DNA from: Desulfosoma sp.
GTDB taxonomy: Bacteria > Desulfobacterota > Syntrophobacteria > Syntrophobacterales > DSM-9756
Direction: 5' to 3'
NCBI GenBank assembly: GCA_037481835.1
Contig: JBBFKW010000009.1
Coordinates: forward strand, 32,001 to 96,000
Length of the DNA: 64,000 bases
Positions 49,397 to 58,380 of this stretch are shown in pieces. Made by a program: the position numbers and the translations under genes. Below the pieces are notes generated by a model that had not been told where the DNA came from, searched no databases, and saw only the letters and a list, made by a program, of their open reading frames with translations. The number at the start of each line of letters is the position of its first letter. Position 1 is the stretch's first letter.

Positions 49397-50272
49397 ATGT
49401 CAAGGCGGGAAAAAATTTTCATTTCGGTCGTTCTGGGGATCCTTTTGGGGTTGGGCGGTGCGGCCGAAGCCGCGGATCCGCTTAAGGTTTTCGTGAGCCT
49501 TCCGCCGCAAAAGCATTTTGTGGAGCGCCTGGGCGGCGATCGTGTCACGGTGACGGTGCTGGTGCCTCCCGGAGCGGACCCTCACACCTTCGAGCCGTCC
49601 CCGGCTCAGATGAAGGCGCTGTCCCAGGCGTCCCTTTACTTCGCCGTGGGCATTCCTTTCGAAAAGGCCCTTCTACCCCGAATCCGCTCCGTGAACCCGC
49701 AACTCACCGTAATTTCCACCGACCGGGCGTTGCCCAAGAGGTTCACGGCCGACCACGGCCACAGCCATGACCACGGCGACGGGGAACCCGACCCTCATGT
49801 GTGGCTGTCCCCCCCGCTGGTCATGGCCATGGCTAGAACCATGGCCCTGGCCCTCATGGATGCGGACCCAGCCCATGGAGACGGGTATGAGGCCCGTTAC
49901 AAGGATTTTCTTTCGGATGTGGCGAGTCTGGACATGGACATTTCCAGAACCTTTCGGGATGCAAAGCCGCCCCGTGCGTTTTACGTTTTCCATCCGTCCT
50001 GGGGCTATTTTGCCGACGCGTACGGGTTGGAACAGGTCGCCGTGGAATGGGAAGGCAAGGAAGCCAAACCCGCACACCTCAAGGAACTCATTGAATCGGC
50101 CCGCCGGGCCGGGGTGAAAGTTCTTTTTGTTCAGCCGCAGTTTTCCCGGCGCTCGGCGGAAATGATCGCCAAGGAAATCGGGGCGACCGTGGAAGTCATC
50201 GACCCGTTGGCCGAAAACTGGACGGAAAATCTTCGGCAGGTGAGCCGGCGTCTTCGAGAGGCCATGCCATGA
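49397..50272 (+). CDS. znuA: Zinc ABC transporter substrate-binding protein
   Basis: GADPHTFEP, His-rich loop HGHSHDHGD, DPHVWLSP, FHPSWGYFA. Confidence 0.93.
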   Translation: MSRREKIFISVVLGILLGLGGAAEAADPLKVFVSLPPQKHFVERLGGDRVTVTVLVPPGADPHTFEPSPAQMKALSQASLYFAVGIPFEKALLPRIRSVNPQLTVISTDRALPKRFTADHGHSHDHGDGEPDPHVWLSPPLVMAMARTMALALMDADPAHGDGYEARYKDFLSDVASLDMDISRTFRDAKPPRAFYVFHPSWGYFADAYGLEQVAVEWEGKEAKPAHLKELIESARRAGVKVLFVQPQFSRRSAEMIAKEIGATVEVIDPLAENWTENLRQVSRRLREAMP

Positions 50273-51054
50273 GCGAGCGGGTTCCCGGGGTGGCGGCGGC
50301 CCTTAGGAGGGTCACCTACGCCTACAACAGCCATCCCGTGCTGGAAGATGTGGACTTAACGATCTACACGGGGGATTTTACCGCTGTAATCGGCCCCAAC
50401 GGCGGCGGGAAGACCACACTCCTGAAACTCCTCCTGGGCCTTCTGAAGCCTCGGACGGGGACGGTCACCCTTTTCGGCGAGGAGCCCGCCAAAACGGCGC
50501 ACCGGGTGGGCTACGTCCCCCAAGACGTTCACATCAACCGCTTCTTTCCCCTGACCGTTTTGGAACTCACCCTCATGGGGCGACTCGGCCCCGGGCACCT
50601 CTTGCGCCACTATTCCGCCAAGGACGTGGCGGCTGCGGAAGCCGCCTTGGACCGCATGGAAATGCTCGCCTACCGAAAGGCCCGCTTGGATGAACTGAGC
50701 GGAGGGCAACGGCAGAGAGTCTTTATTGCGCGGGCCTTGGCGTCGGAGCCGGAGGCGCTTTTCTTGGACGAACCGGCGGCCGGAGTGGATTCGGCGGGCC
50801 AGAAGGATCTCTACAGCCACTTGAAGGAACTCAACGACCACATGACGATCCTCGTGGTGACGCACGATCTTTTGGTTCTTTCCACGTACGTGAAATCCGT
50901 CGTGTGCGTCAACCGCTCCTTGGTCCATCACCCGTCTCCGGAAGTGACGGCGGACATGCTGCGTCTCGGATATCGATGCCCGGTGGAACTTTTGGGACAC
51001 GGGCATCTGCCGCATCGGGTGCTGCCTCTGCACGGAGACAAAGACCGTGGGTGA
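50269..51054 (+). CDS. znuC: Zinc ABC transporter ATPase
   Basis: GPNGGGKT, LSGGQRQR, LFLDEP. Confidence 0.94.
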   Translation: MSERVPGVAAALRRVTYAYNSHPVLEDVDLTIYTGDFTAVIGPNGGGKTTLLKLLLGLLKPRTGTVTLFGEEPAKTAHRVGYVPQDVHINRFFPLTVLELTLMGRLGPGHLLRHYSAKDVAAAEAALDRMEMLAYRKARLDELSGGQRQRVFIARALASEPEALFLDEPAAGVDSAGQKDLYSHLKELNDHMTILVVTHDLLVLSTYVKSVVCVNRSLVHHPSPEVTADMLRLGYRCPVELLGHGHLPHRVLPLHGDKDRG

Positions 51055-51877
51055 ATGGCTGCAACTCGCTTTCGTCCAGAACGCCTTTGCGGCGTCCCTT
51101 TTGGCGGCCGTGCTGTGCGGCGTTGTGGGCACCTATGTGGTGGCCAACCGCATGGCGTATTTGGCGGGCGGCGTGGCCCACGCCGCCTACGGGGGGGTGG
51201 GGCTTGCCTTCTTTATGAAAATCCCCCCCATGGCAGGCATCCTGGGATTCACGTCTGTATCCGCCGTCATCATGGGCATGATCTCCCTTCGCGAAAGGCA
51301 TCGGGCCGATACGGCCATCAGCGTCCTCTGGGCTTTCGGCATGGCCCTGGGCGTCCTTTTGGTGGACCTCACCCCTGGCTACGGGGCCGATCTCATGAGC
51401 TATCTCTTCGGGAGCATCCTCACCGTGTCCCGCACTTCTCTCGCCGCCATGGCCGCCCTCACGGTGCTCGTTCTCCTTTTTACAGCTCTGTTCCACAAAG
51501 AACTGGCGGCCGTCTCCTACGATGAACACTTCGCCCGTGTGCGGGGTCTTCCCGTAACGGCGCTCTATTTGACCCTCATCGGCATGATCGCACTGACGGT
51601 GGTCGTCCTCGTGCAAGTGGTGGGGCTCATTCTCGTCATCGCCCTTCTGACCATCGCACCTTACATCGCCGAAAAGACCAGCCGGTCCTTGCAGGGCATG
51701 ATGTTTCGAGCCATCGTCCTCAACACGATCTTCGGATCCGTCGGGTTGGGGCTTTCCCTCGCCTTGAACGTCACCTCCGGTGCGGCCGTGATTTGTGTCG
51801 CAGCCGCCGGCTATCTCGTCTCTGTGAGCTTGAGTGCGCTGAAACAAAGAATGGGATACGGGCAAGGCCATGTGTGA
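51047..51877 (+). CDS. znuB: Zinc ABC transporter permease
   Basis: GGVAHAAYGG, YLFGSIL, VGLILVIALL. Confidence 0.93.
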   Translation: MGEWLQLAFVQNAFAASLLAAVLCGVVGTYVVANRMAYLAGGVAHAAYGGVGLAFFMKIPPMAGILGFTSVSAVIMGMISLRERHRADTAISVLWAFGMALGVLLVDLTPGYGADLMSYLFGSILTVSRTSLAAMAALTVLVLLFTALFHKELAAVSYDEHFARVRGLPVTALYLTLIGMIALTVVVLVQVVGLILVIALLTIAPYIAEKTSRSLQGMMFRAIVLNTIFGSVGLGLSLALNVTSGAAVICVAAAGYLVSVSLSALKQRMGYGQGHV

Positions 51878-52307
51878 TCGCTGCAACTACAGGAAGCTCA
51901 TGGAAGAGGCGGGCATCCGAGCCACGACCCATCGCCTCGCGGTTTTGCGGATCCTGGGAAGTGCCTCGAGCCCGATGAGCGCCCAAGAAGTTTTCGACGC
52001 CCTTCAAGCCTGCCGATCCATCAATCGCGTCACCGTCTACCGCATCCTGGAATCCCTCGTGGAAGGGGGCGTGGTGGACAAGATCAGCGCGGGGGACCGA
52101 AGCTTTCGCTACGGGCTGGCCCCCAACGAAAATCATCCGCAGCACGCCCATTTCTACTGCCGTCTGTGCGGCCTCATGGCGTGCCTTCCCCCGGAAAGCC
52201 TTCCTCTGCCGTCCCGAAGTTCGTCGTCCATGATGCCGGGCATCGTGGAAAAGTGCGAAATCCGCTTGGACGGGGTGTGCCACCACTGCCGCCTGCGGCA
52301 TCCCTGA
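51870..52307 (+). CDS. zur: Fur-family regulator (Zur)
   Basis: TVYRIL, HAHFYCRLCG, C-terminal CHHC; last gene of the znu operon. Confidence 0.85.
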   Translation: MCDRCNYRKLMEEAGIRATTHRLAVLRILGSASSPMSAQEVFDALQACRSINRVTVYRILESLVEGGVVDKISAGDRSFRYGLAPNENHPQHAHFYCRLCGLMACLPPESLPLPSRSSSSMMPGIVEKCEIRLDGVCHHCRLRHP

Positions 52308-52483
52308 TCCCCCGTTTTTAGCCTTCATCGGAATCTTCGAATGTTTTAGGCTTTTTCGATCGAAACTATCTATTTGTCCCTGAACATTTGTCTTTTCTAT
52401 GCTTTCCCGGGTTTCGAACCCCGGGGCCCACAGCCCCCGGGGCTCTTCAAGAAGGGTGTTCAAGACCGCACATGGAGAAGCGC

Positions 52484-53086
52484 ATGAAGGAAGAACGGGT
52501 GGACTGTCGGGGCCTGGCCTGCCCGGCTCCGGTGCTCAAAGTGAAGGACATTCTGGATCGATCCCCTGTGGAGCGCATTACGGTCTGGGTGGACAATCCG
52601 GCATCGAAGGAAAACGTCAGCCGGTTTCTCATGCGGGCGGGGTTCCAGGTGCAGGTGCAGGAGGAGGCCCAGGGGTTTGCGGTCATCGGAAGCCGCGGGG
52701 CCCAGGAAACCTGCGAAGTCTTCGTGCCGAAAGCCGACGCCGAATCGGCCCGCATTTTGGTGCTCGTGGGCACGTCACGCCTGGGCTCGGGGGACGACGT
52801 CCTGGGGGCCAAGCTCATGGAGAATTTCTTGGGGACGCTCAAGGAAATGGGGCCCGCCCTGTGGCGCTTGGTCTTCTTAAACGGAGGCGTCCACCTTACG
52901 GTGGAAGGTTCTCCTGTGCTGGATATTTTGAAAGAGCTGGAAAGGGACAAGGTGAGCCTCCTTGTGTGCGGAACGTGCCTCAACCACTTCGGCCTATTGG
53001 AAAAAAAGGCGGTGGGAGAAACCACCAACATGCTGGATATCGTCACTTCCATGCAGCTGGCCGACCGAGTCATCAGCCTGACATAG
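52484..53086 (+). CDS. yedF: Sulfurtransferase-like selenium metabolism protein (TusA + DsrE-like domains)
   Basis: VDCRGLACPAPV; LGSGDDVLGAKLM, FLNGGV, CGTCLNHF, TNMLDI. Confidence 0.92.
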   Translation: MKEERVDCRGLACPAPVLKVKDILDRSPVERITVWVDNPASKENVSRFLMRAGFQVQVQEEAQGFAVIGSRGAQETCEVFVPKADAESARILVLVGTSRLGSGDDVLGAKLMENFLGTLKEMGPALWRLVFLNGGVHLTVEGSPVLDILKELERDKVSLLVCGTCLNHFGLLEKKAVGETTNMLDIVTSMQLADRVISLT

Positions 53087-53140
53087 AAGCGCACGACAAA
53101 CGGGCTCCGAAACGCCAAAGGCGCCGCGCCCCGCGGCGGG

Positions 53141-53163
53141 AAAGGCCGGCTCACCGGCTTTTT
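53141..53163 (+). terminator. Intrinsic terminator after yedF
   Basis: AAAGGCCGG-CTCA-CCGGCTTTTT. Confidence 0.65.
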
Positions 53164-53174
53164 CGCTGTAAAGA

Positions 53175-53202
53175 TTGACAAAATCGCGGGCTTTTCTAAC
53201 AT
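53175..53202 (+). promoter_or_regulatory. Sigma70 promoter TTGACA-N16-TAACAT for the DAC-domain gene
   Basis: Consensus -35 and good -10, about 40 bp before the ATG at 53244. Confidence 0.6.
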
Positions 53203-53243
53203 GGGGCGACCATTCATGACCGCATTTTCAGGGAGCGCGCCCC

Positions 53244-54680
53244 ATGCCCACGAAAACCTCGAAAAACCACCTCATCTTCAACGTCTTGGAAGCGCTTCGC
53301 GAAGGGTTTACCCATTTTTCGGGGCCGAGTCGGGTGGCGCTGGTCTATGCGGAAAAGCGCGACGATCCCATGAGGATCTGCGATCCGGAAGATCTCCTCC
53401 GCGGCCATGAACCGAAGTTGAAGGAACTCTATCTGGACAGCGAGGCGTGGCGCGCCGACGCGCCGGATGTGCGCGACATGAAGCGCTTCGGGCAGATTTA
53501 CCCTCTGCCGAACCTTAACCTCTCGGGGCTCATCTCCTACGGCGGCCGATCCCGATCCATTTTCTACCAGATGTGGTTTACGGAACATCACCCCGACATG
53601 TGCTCCGTCCTGCCCACAGAACGGTGGCTCGAGCACGCGGCCTATCTTCTGTCCCACGATTTCGCCACGGCCAAGACATTCTACACGGACTCGTCCCGAT
53701 ACGTCCTTCGCGAATACGCGACCCACGCCGTCCACGACGCCATTTTGGACGGGTTGAACCTCAAAGTCGGCTGGGACAGCCGGCTGCGCATTTACCCCAT
53801 CTTGGACGCCGTTCTGGAAATTTCCAAAACCCCGGAAGAAGGCGCCTGGCCCCGGGGGAAACTCGTCTTTGTGGAAGAAACGTGCCTCAAGGATGTTCCT
53901 TTCATGGCCGTGTTTCCCCAGGGGGAACGTCCAAGTATCAGCAATGCGAAACACATCCGAAAGATCCTGCTGGCGGTGGAACATTCGGAACGCTGGCTCG
54001 TCTCTGAAGGCCGTACCCTTGTGGGAATCGGCAGGGGGCCTTTGCCGGACTGCCGGATCAGCGCCGAATTTTTCGGCAGTTACGGCTTTCTTCGCTTCAA
54101 CGGCCAGCCCATGTGCAGCTTTTCGGAAGGCCGCTTCTACTCCTCGAACCGGCGCGCCAAATTGGTTCAGCTGGAAGAAACCCTCCTCACGTCGGACCTG
54201 GACCCTTCCATGGCCCATACGCTTTTTCAGATTACGGCGGCCCTCGTGCACGGCGCCCAGGAACGCAAGCACGGCTGCACCTTGGTCCTGGATCTGGGGA
54301 CCAACCCCCTTTCCATTTCGGGGCATTTGTTGGAAAACCCGCTGGACCTCCAGGACCCCGCCAATCTGGATCTGGCCAAATCCTTGTCCAAAATGGACGG
54401 GGCTCTGCACATCGGGGCGGACGCCAAACTCCATCGGTTCGCCTGTCTTCTGGACGGGCGCAGTGTGCCGGGCGAAGACCGATCCCGAGGAGCCCGTTAC
54501 AATTCAGCCCTTCGGTTCAGTGCGGAACACGATCAGGCCATCATCGTGGTCGTCTCTTCCGACCGCCCTGTCTCGGTCGTCCACGGGGGAGTAGAACTTT
54601 CGGCCCTGTGCCCTTGGAGCCCATCCTTCACGCTGAGCGGGCTGCCGCCCACCTTGTCCGATTGGATTTCCCTTGGCTAA
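53244..54680 (+). CDS. DisA_N/DAC (diadenylate cyclase-like) domain protein with N-terminal sensor-like region
   Basis: C-terminal KHGCTLVL, SKMDGALHI, RGARYNSALRFS, IVVVSSD. Confidence 0.82.
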   Translation: MPTKTSKNHLIFNVLEALREGFTHFSGPSRVALVYAEKRDDPMRICDPEDLLRGHEPKLKELYLDSEAWRADAPDVRDMKRFGQIYPLPNLNLSGLISYGGRSRSIFYQMWFTEHHPDMCSVLPTERWLEHAAYLLSHDFATAKTFYTDSSRYVLREYATHAVHDAILDGLNLKVGWDSRLRIYPILDAVLEISKTPEEGAWPRGKLVFVEETCLKDVPFMAVFPQGERPSISNAKHIRKILLAVEHSERWLVSEGRTLVGIGRGPLPDCRISAEFFGSYGFLRFNGQPMCSFSEGRFYSSNRRAKLVQLEETLLTSDLDPSMAHTLFQITAALVHGAQERKHGCTLVLDLGTNPLSISGHLLENPLDLQDPANLDLAKSLSKMDGALHIGADAKLHRFACLLDGRSVPGEDRSRGARYNSALRFSAEHDQAIIVVVSSDRPVSVVHGGVELSALCPWSPSFTLSGLPPTLSDWISLG

Positions 54681-54810
54681 TCCCGCCCATGCATCAGGAT
54701 TTCCTATTGGATCGCCCATGGCCCTGGGATTATGGTCCCATGGCCACCCTGGGGGAATGTCCCCTTGGGATGGGACAACGGAGACGATCATTGGGAGGGC
54801 CTCTCAGCTC

Positions 54811-55626
54811 ATGTGGAAACCCAAACTCGCCTGCCCCAATTTCACGAGGGATCTCACGGCGCTTCGCCGTTTCGCTCTGGAATCCGGACTGGACGGCGTA
54901 GATTGGAGCTTCACCCTGCAGGAACTTCCCCAGACCCCCAAAGAGGCCTCGAGGTTGAGTCGCGAATTGGCCGATCTGCGGCCTCTGGCCGTGCGCTACC
55001 ACGCCGCCTTTCCCACCGTGGATCTGGGAGACCGCGACCCGGAAAAAGCTCAAGCCGCCTATCGAATATTCGAACAAGTGTGCCGTTTGGTTTCAAAGCT
55101 GGAAGGAGAAACCCTCACGATCCACGTGGGGCTGGGGCGAACCACCACGGAAGATCTTTCCTGGGAAAGAACGCTGGAAAACCTTTGGCGCCTGAACAGT
55201 TCGGCCCAAAGGCTCGGAATTCGGCTCTGCCTGGAAAACCTCGCCTGGGGATGGACCAGCCGCCCCGAGCTTTTCGAAAAGATGCTTCGCCGAAGCGGCC
55301 TCTGGGGCACCTTCGATATCGGCCATGCCGTGGTCAGTCCGTCTATTGTCTCTGAGCGGTTCGATGTGGAGGACTTCGTCACGCCCCACGGAGAACGCAT
55401 CCTCAACGCCCACGTCTACCACAGGGAATTCGACAATCGTCACTTCCCACCCGAATCCGTGGACGATGTGGCCCAGCGGCTGGATCTGCTTCGAGCCCTT
55501 CCCGCCTGTGAGTGGTGGGTCCTGGAACTTCGGGACGAGCCGTCTTTGCGTTCCACACTTGACGTCATCCTCAGGTATCTGGAAAAAGACAACGGAAACC
55601 TGGGGATGGTCGAATCGACCGCATGA
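54811..55626 (+). CDS. Sugar-phosphate isomerase/epimerase family (xylose-isomerase-like TIM barrel)
   Basis: YHAAF, TIHVG, CLENL, TFDIGHA, HVYH, VLE metal-ligand pattern. Confidence 0.85.
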   Translation: MWKPKLACPNFTRDLTALRRFALESGLDGVDWSFTLQELPQTPKEASRLSRELADLRPLAVRYHAAFPTVDLGDRDPEKAQAAYRIFEQVCRLVSKLEGETLTIHVGLGRTTTEDLSWERTLENLWRLNSSAQRLGIRLCLENLAWGWTSRPELFEKMLRRSGLWGTFDIGHAVVSPSIVSERFDVEDFVTPHGERILNAHVYHREFDNRHFPPESVDDVAQRLDLLRALPACEWWVLELRDEPSLRSTLDVILRYLEKDNGNLGMVESTA

Positions 55627-55653
55627 AGGGCACCACCCAAGAGGAAAGCGCTT

Positions 55654-56343
55654 TTGGCCTCATCGTCCTTGTCGTGGCAGACAAAACCCACCGACCGGTT
55701 TATCCTGCGCTGGATTAAGCGCCACCTTTCGGCCCTCATGACGCCCCATCTGGCCCGCGTTCCCGGCCTCGCTCCGTGGATGGTGACGGTCACTTCTGCC
55801 GCGCTGGGCGTCCTGGCGGGTTTCGTTTTCGGTCTGGGGTGGGGCTTTACGGCAGGCTGTTTGGCCGCCGTCGCCCAGGTTCTGGACGGGGTGGACGGTC
55901 AGCTGGCACGGCTGAAAGGGACAGAAACCGCCTGGGGAGCCTTTTGGGATTCCACGTTGGATCGCTACGCCGACGGGGCCATGCTTGTGGGGATGGGCGT
56001 TTACGTCGCTCGAGAAGTCCCGTGCATTCCTTTGGGGGTGCTTATTCCCTTGGGCGCGGCAGCTGTCATCGGATGCGGTCTCATCAGCTACACCACGGCC
56101 CGTGCGGAAAGCTTGGCGCTGGACCTCGGGCCGCCCACTTTGGTGAGCAAGGGGACTCGAACCACGCTCATGATCCTTTCGGCATGGACGACGGTTTTCT
56201 GGAAAGGGGCCCCGGTGATCGCCCTCGTTGTGCTCGCGGTATGGACCAACGCCGTCGTGGCGCAAAGACTCCGGCGCGTGAAGGACAAGGGCCGGCCCCT
56301 TTCGCCAAAAGGGGGCGCTTCCGATAACGATGCCAAGGAATGA
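55654..56343 (+). CDS. CDP-alcohol phosphotransferase (DIPP-synthase-like)
   Basis: DGVDGQLAR...GAFWDSTLDRYAD signature; TTG start after GAGGA. Confidence 0.9.
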   Translation: MASSSLSWQTKPTDRFILRWIKRHLSALMTPHLARVPGLAPWMVTVTSAALGVLAGFVFGLGWGFTAGCLAAVAQVLDGVDGQLARLKGTETAWGAFWDSTLDRYADGAMLVGMGVYVAREVPCIPLGVLIPLGAAAVIGCGLISYTTARAESLALDLGPPTLVSKGTRTTLMILSAWTTVFWKGAPVIALVVLAVWTNAVVAQRLRRVKDKGRPLSPKGGASDNDAKE

Positions 56344-56347
56344 CGCG

Positions 56348-56896
56348 ATGGAATACGCGGCACCGTGCGGCGTGATCCACGGACGGTTTCAGATCCTCCA
56401 CAACGATCACCTCCGCTACCTCTTGGCGGGAAAGGCCCTTTGCCGCCATCTGGTCGTGGGCATCACCAATCCGGAACCCGCGTTGAGCGCCGACGACGAA
56501 GCGGACCCAAAACGCAGTGATCCAGCCGCCAATCCGCTGACTTACTACGAAAGGCAGGTCATGGTGCGGCGGGCTTTGGAAGCCCACGGAGTTCCGCTCC
56601 AGGAATTCACCATCGTCCCCTTTCCCGTGAACTTTCCCGAGCGCTACCGGTATTACGTTCCCTTGGATGCGGTTTTCTTCCTGACCATCTATGACGAGTG
56701 GGGGAAAAAGAAGCTTCGCATGTTCCAAGCCTTGGGGCTGAAAACCCACGTGCTGTGGGAAAAGCCGCCCCATGAAAAAGGCATCAGCGCCTCGGAGGTC
56801 AGGCGCCGGATCCGAGAAGGGCTGCCGTGGGAACACCTGGTCCCAGAAACCACCGCCGAACTCGTCAAGACCTGGAAGATCGCCGAACGCCTGTAA
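56348..56896 (+). CDS. HIGH-superfamily nucleotidyltransferase (NMNAT/cytidylyltransferase-like)
   Basis: HGRFQILHNDH, VVGITNP, NPLTYYER, ISASEVR. Confidence 0.85.
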   Translation: MEYAAPCGVIHGRFQILHNDHLRYLLAGKALCRHLVVGITNPEPALSADDEADPKRSDPAANPLTYYERQVMVRRALEAHGVPLQEFTIVPFPVNFPERYRYYVPLDAVFFLTIYDEWGKKKLRMFQALGLKTHVLWEKPPHEKGISASEVRRRIREGLPWEHLVPETTAELVKTWKIAERL

Positions 56897-56973
56897 GCGC
56901 CCGCAGGTTCGTGGAAGCGGCTCAGGCGGTTTTTCATGGAAAGGGCTCCGGCTGCCGTGAAAGCAAAGCCGAC

Positions 56974-57345
56974 TTAACCCCTTCCCGAAGGAACTTCCCA
57001 GAGCAAATCCTTGTCCAAATCCCGGAACAAATCTTCCAGCCGGTACAAGAATTGGTCCAGCGCGCGCAATTCCCGCCCAAGGAGCGCCTCGCGGGCCTTG
57101 TCCCGGCACTCGATCAGGTGCGGCACGTGTTTTTCCAAAACCTTTTTCCACAGGCCGGAGACGTTCGGGTCCCTGGCCGTGCGGGCCAACTCTTCCACAA
57201 GATGGTAAAGGGTGAGCGGCTCATCGACGAGGCGCTTCTTGCCCACGTCCCGAAGGAGGGCACTGCAGCCGGGATACTGCTTGGCAAAACCTCCCTCGTC
57301 ATAAACAGGAACCAGTCGGATGTCGATCTGCATGGTGCGACTCAT
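56974..57345 (-). CDS. Hypothetical protein
   Basis: 123-aa ORF with AAGGAGG RBS filling the gap between opposite-strand genes. Confidence 0.7.
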   Translation of the reverse strand: MSRTMQIDIRLVPVYDEGGFAKQYPGCSALLRDVGKKRLVDEPLTLYHLVEELARTARDPNVSGLWKKVLEKHVPHLIECRDKAREALLGRELRALDQFLYRLEDLFRDLDKDLLWEVPSGRG

Positions 57346-57510
57346 GGAAAGTCCTCCTTTCTTGCCAATGGCGAAAGAATGTGTTCAAGATGCGCGGCCA
57401 TTGCGCCGAATTCTCTTGTGGGCTCATACCCCGGTGCACCGAGGTGCGGAAGAACCGCGCAGCCATAGGGTGACGCACAGCTCACGCGCTGAAATGGAGC
57501 CATAGAAGTC

Positions 57511-57987
57511 ATGGACACGCTGAAAGTCTTCGCCACCGAGGATGGGAAAGGAATGATCGTCTGCCCTCAGTGCGGGTTTGCCCGTCAGGTGGATGTCGCC
57601 CGCTTCCTGCCTCAAAACAAACAGGTCAAGGTTCGGTGCCCATGCGGCCATTCTTTCCGGGTCTCCTTGGAAATCCGAAGGACATACCGAAAGTCGGTCT
57701 TCCTCTTTGGAGAATACCGAAAAAAGGCGGACGATGCCAGCAGCCCCTATCGGCAGATGATCGTCCAAGACATTTCGCTGGGTGGCTGCCGTTTTCAAAC
57801 CCCCTTGGCCCACGGCCTAAAGATCGGGGATTTGGTCCATCTTGAATTCCCCTTGACCGATGAACGAAAGTCCCTTGTGAAAGCCGTCGGCGAGGTTCGC
57901 CGCGTGGAAGGAAAAAGCGTCGGCGTCACTTTCGTCAATTTCGACTCCGGCTCCGAAAAAGCCCTCTATTTTTTCCTCTTGCCCTAA
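57511..57987 (+). CDS. Zn-ribbon + PilZ domain protein (c-di-GMP receptor)
   Basis: CPQC...CPC; RRTYRK (RxxxR) and DISLGG (D/NxSxxG). Confidence 0.9.
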   Translation: MDTLKVFATEDGKGMIVCPQCGFARQVDVARFLPQNKQVKVRCPCGHSFRVSLEIRRTYRKSVFLFGEYRKKADDASSPYRQMIVQDISLGGCRFQTPLAHGLKIGDLVHLEFPLTDERKSLVKAVGEVRRVEGKSVGVTFVNFDSGSEKALYFFLLP

Positions 57988-58380
57988 ACGACCATGAGTT
58001 TCCGGAGTCGCCCGAACCGGTCGGCGGCTTTCGGGCGGGCTCCCCATTTCTCAATGGGCGTCTTGACCGCCTTTCCCTCTTTGCGATAAGGTTTGTAAAA
58101 ATTCTCACGCATCAGTGCCGGCAGGGCGAATCGGACGGCTTTACGGCCACCGGAGGGACCGTCATGAAGGCGGGCGAGACGGCACGCGATGGCAGCACAA
58201 AAGCTCTTGCCACAGGGCATGGGCCGGTGATTCCCCTTTCTGTCGGGAGAGCGGCACCCCAAACCCCGGCGCCGCTCGCTCCGGAGCCGTCTTGTCTCAG
58301 CTTACCTGTTTTTGTCCGTTTTTCGCGTCCGTTCCCAGGGCTGAGAGATCCGAAGATCTTTCATGAGGAGGGCAGAAGCC

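Noticed and set aside
58241..58256. TGTCGGGAGAGCGGCA as a CooA box
   Set aside because: Only a partial match to TGTC(A/G)-N6-(C/T)GACA in GC-rich DNA, and no cooA is in the window.
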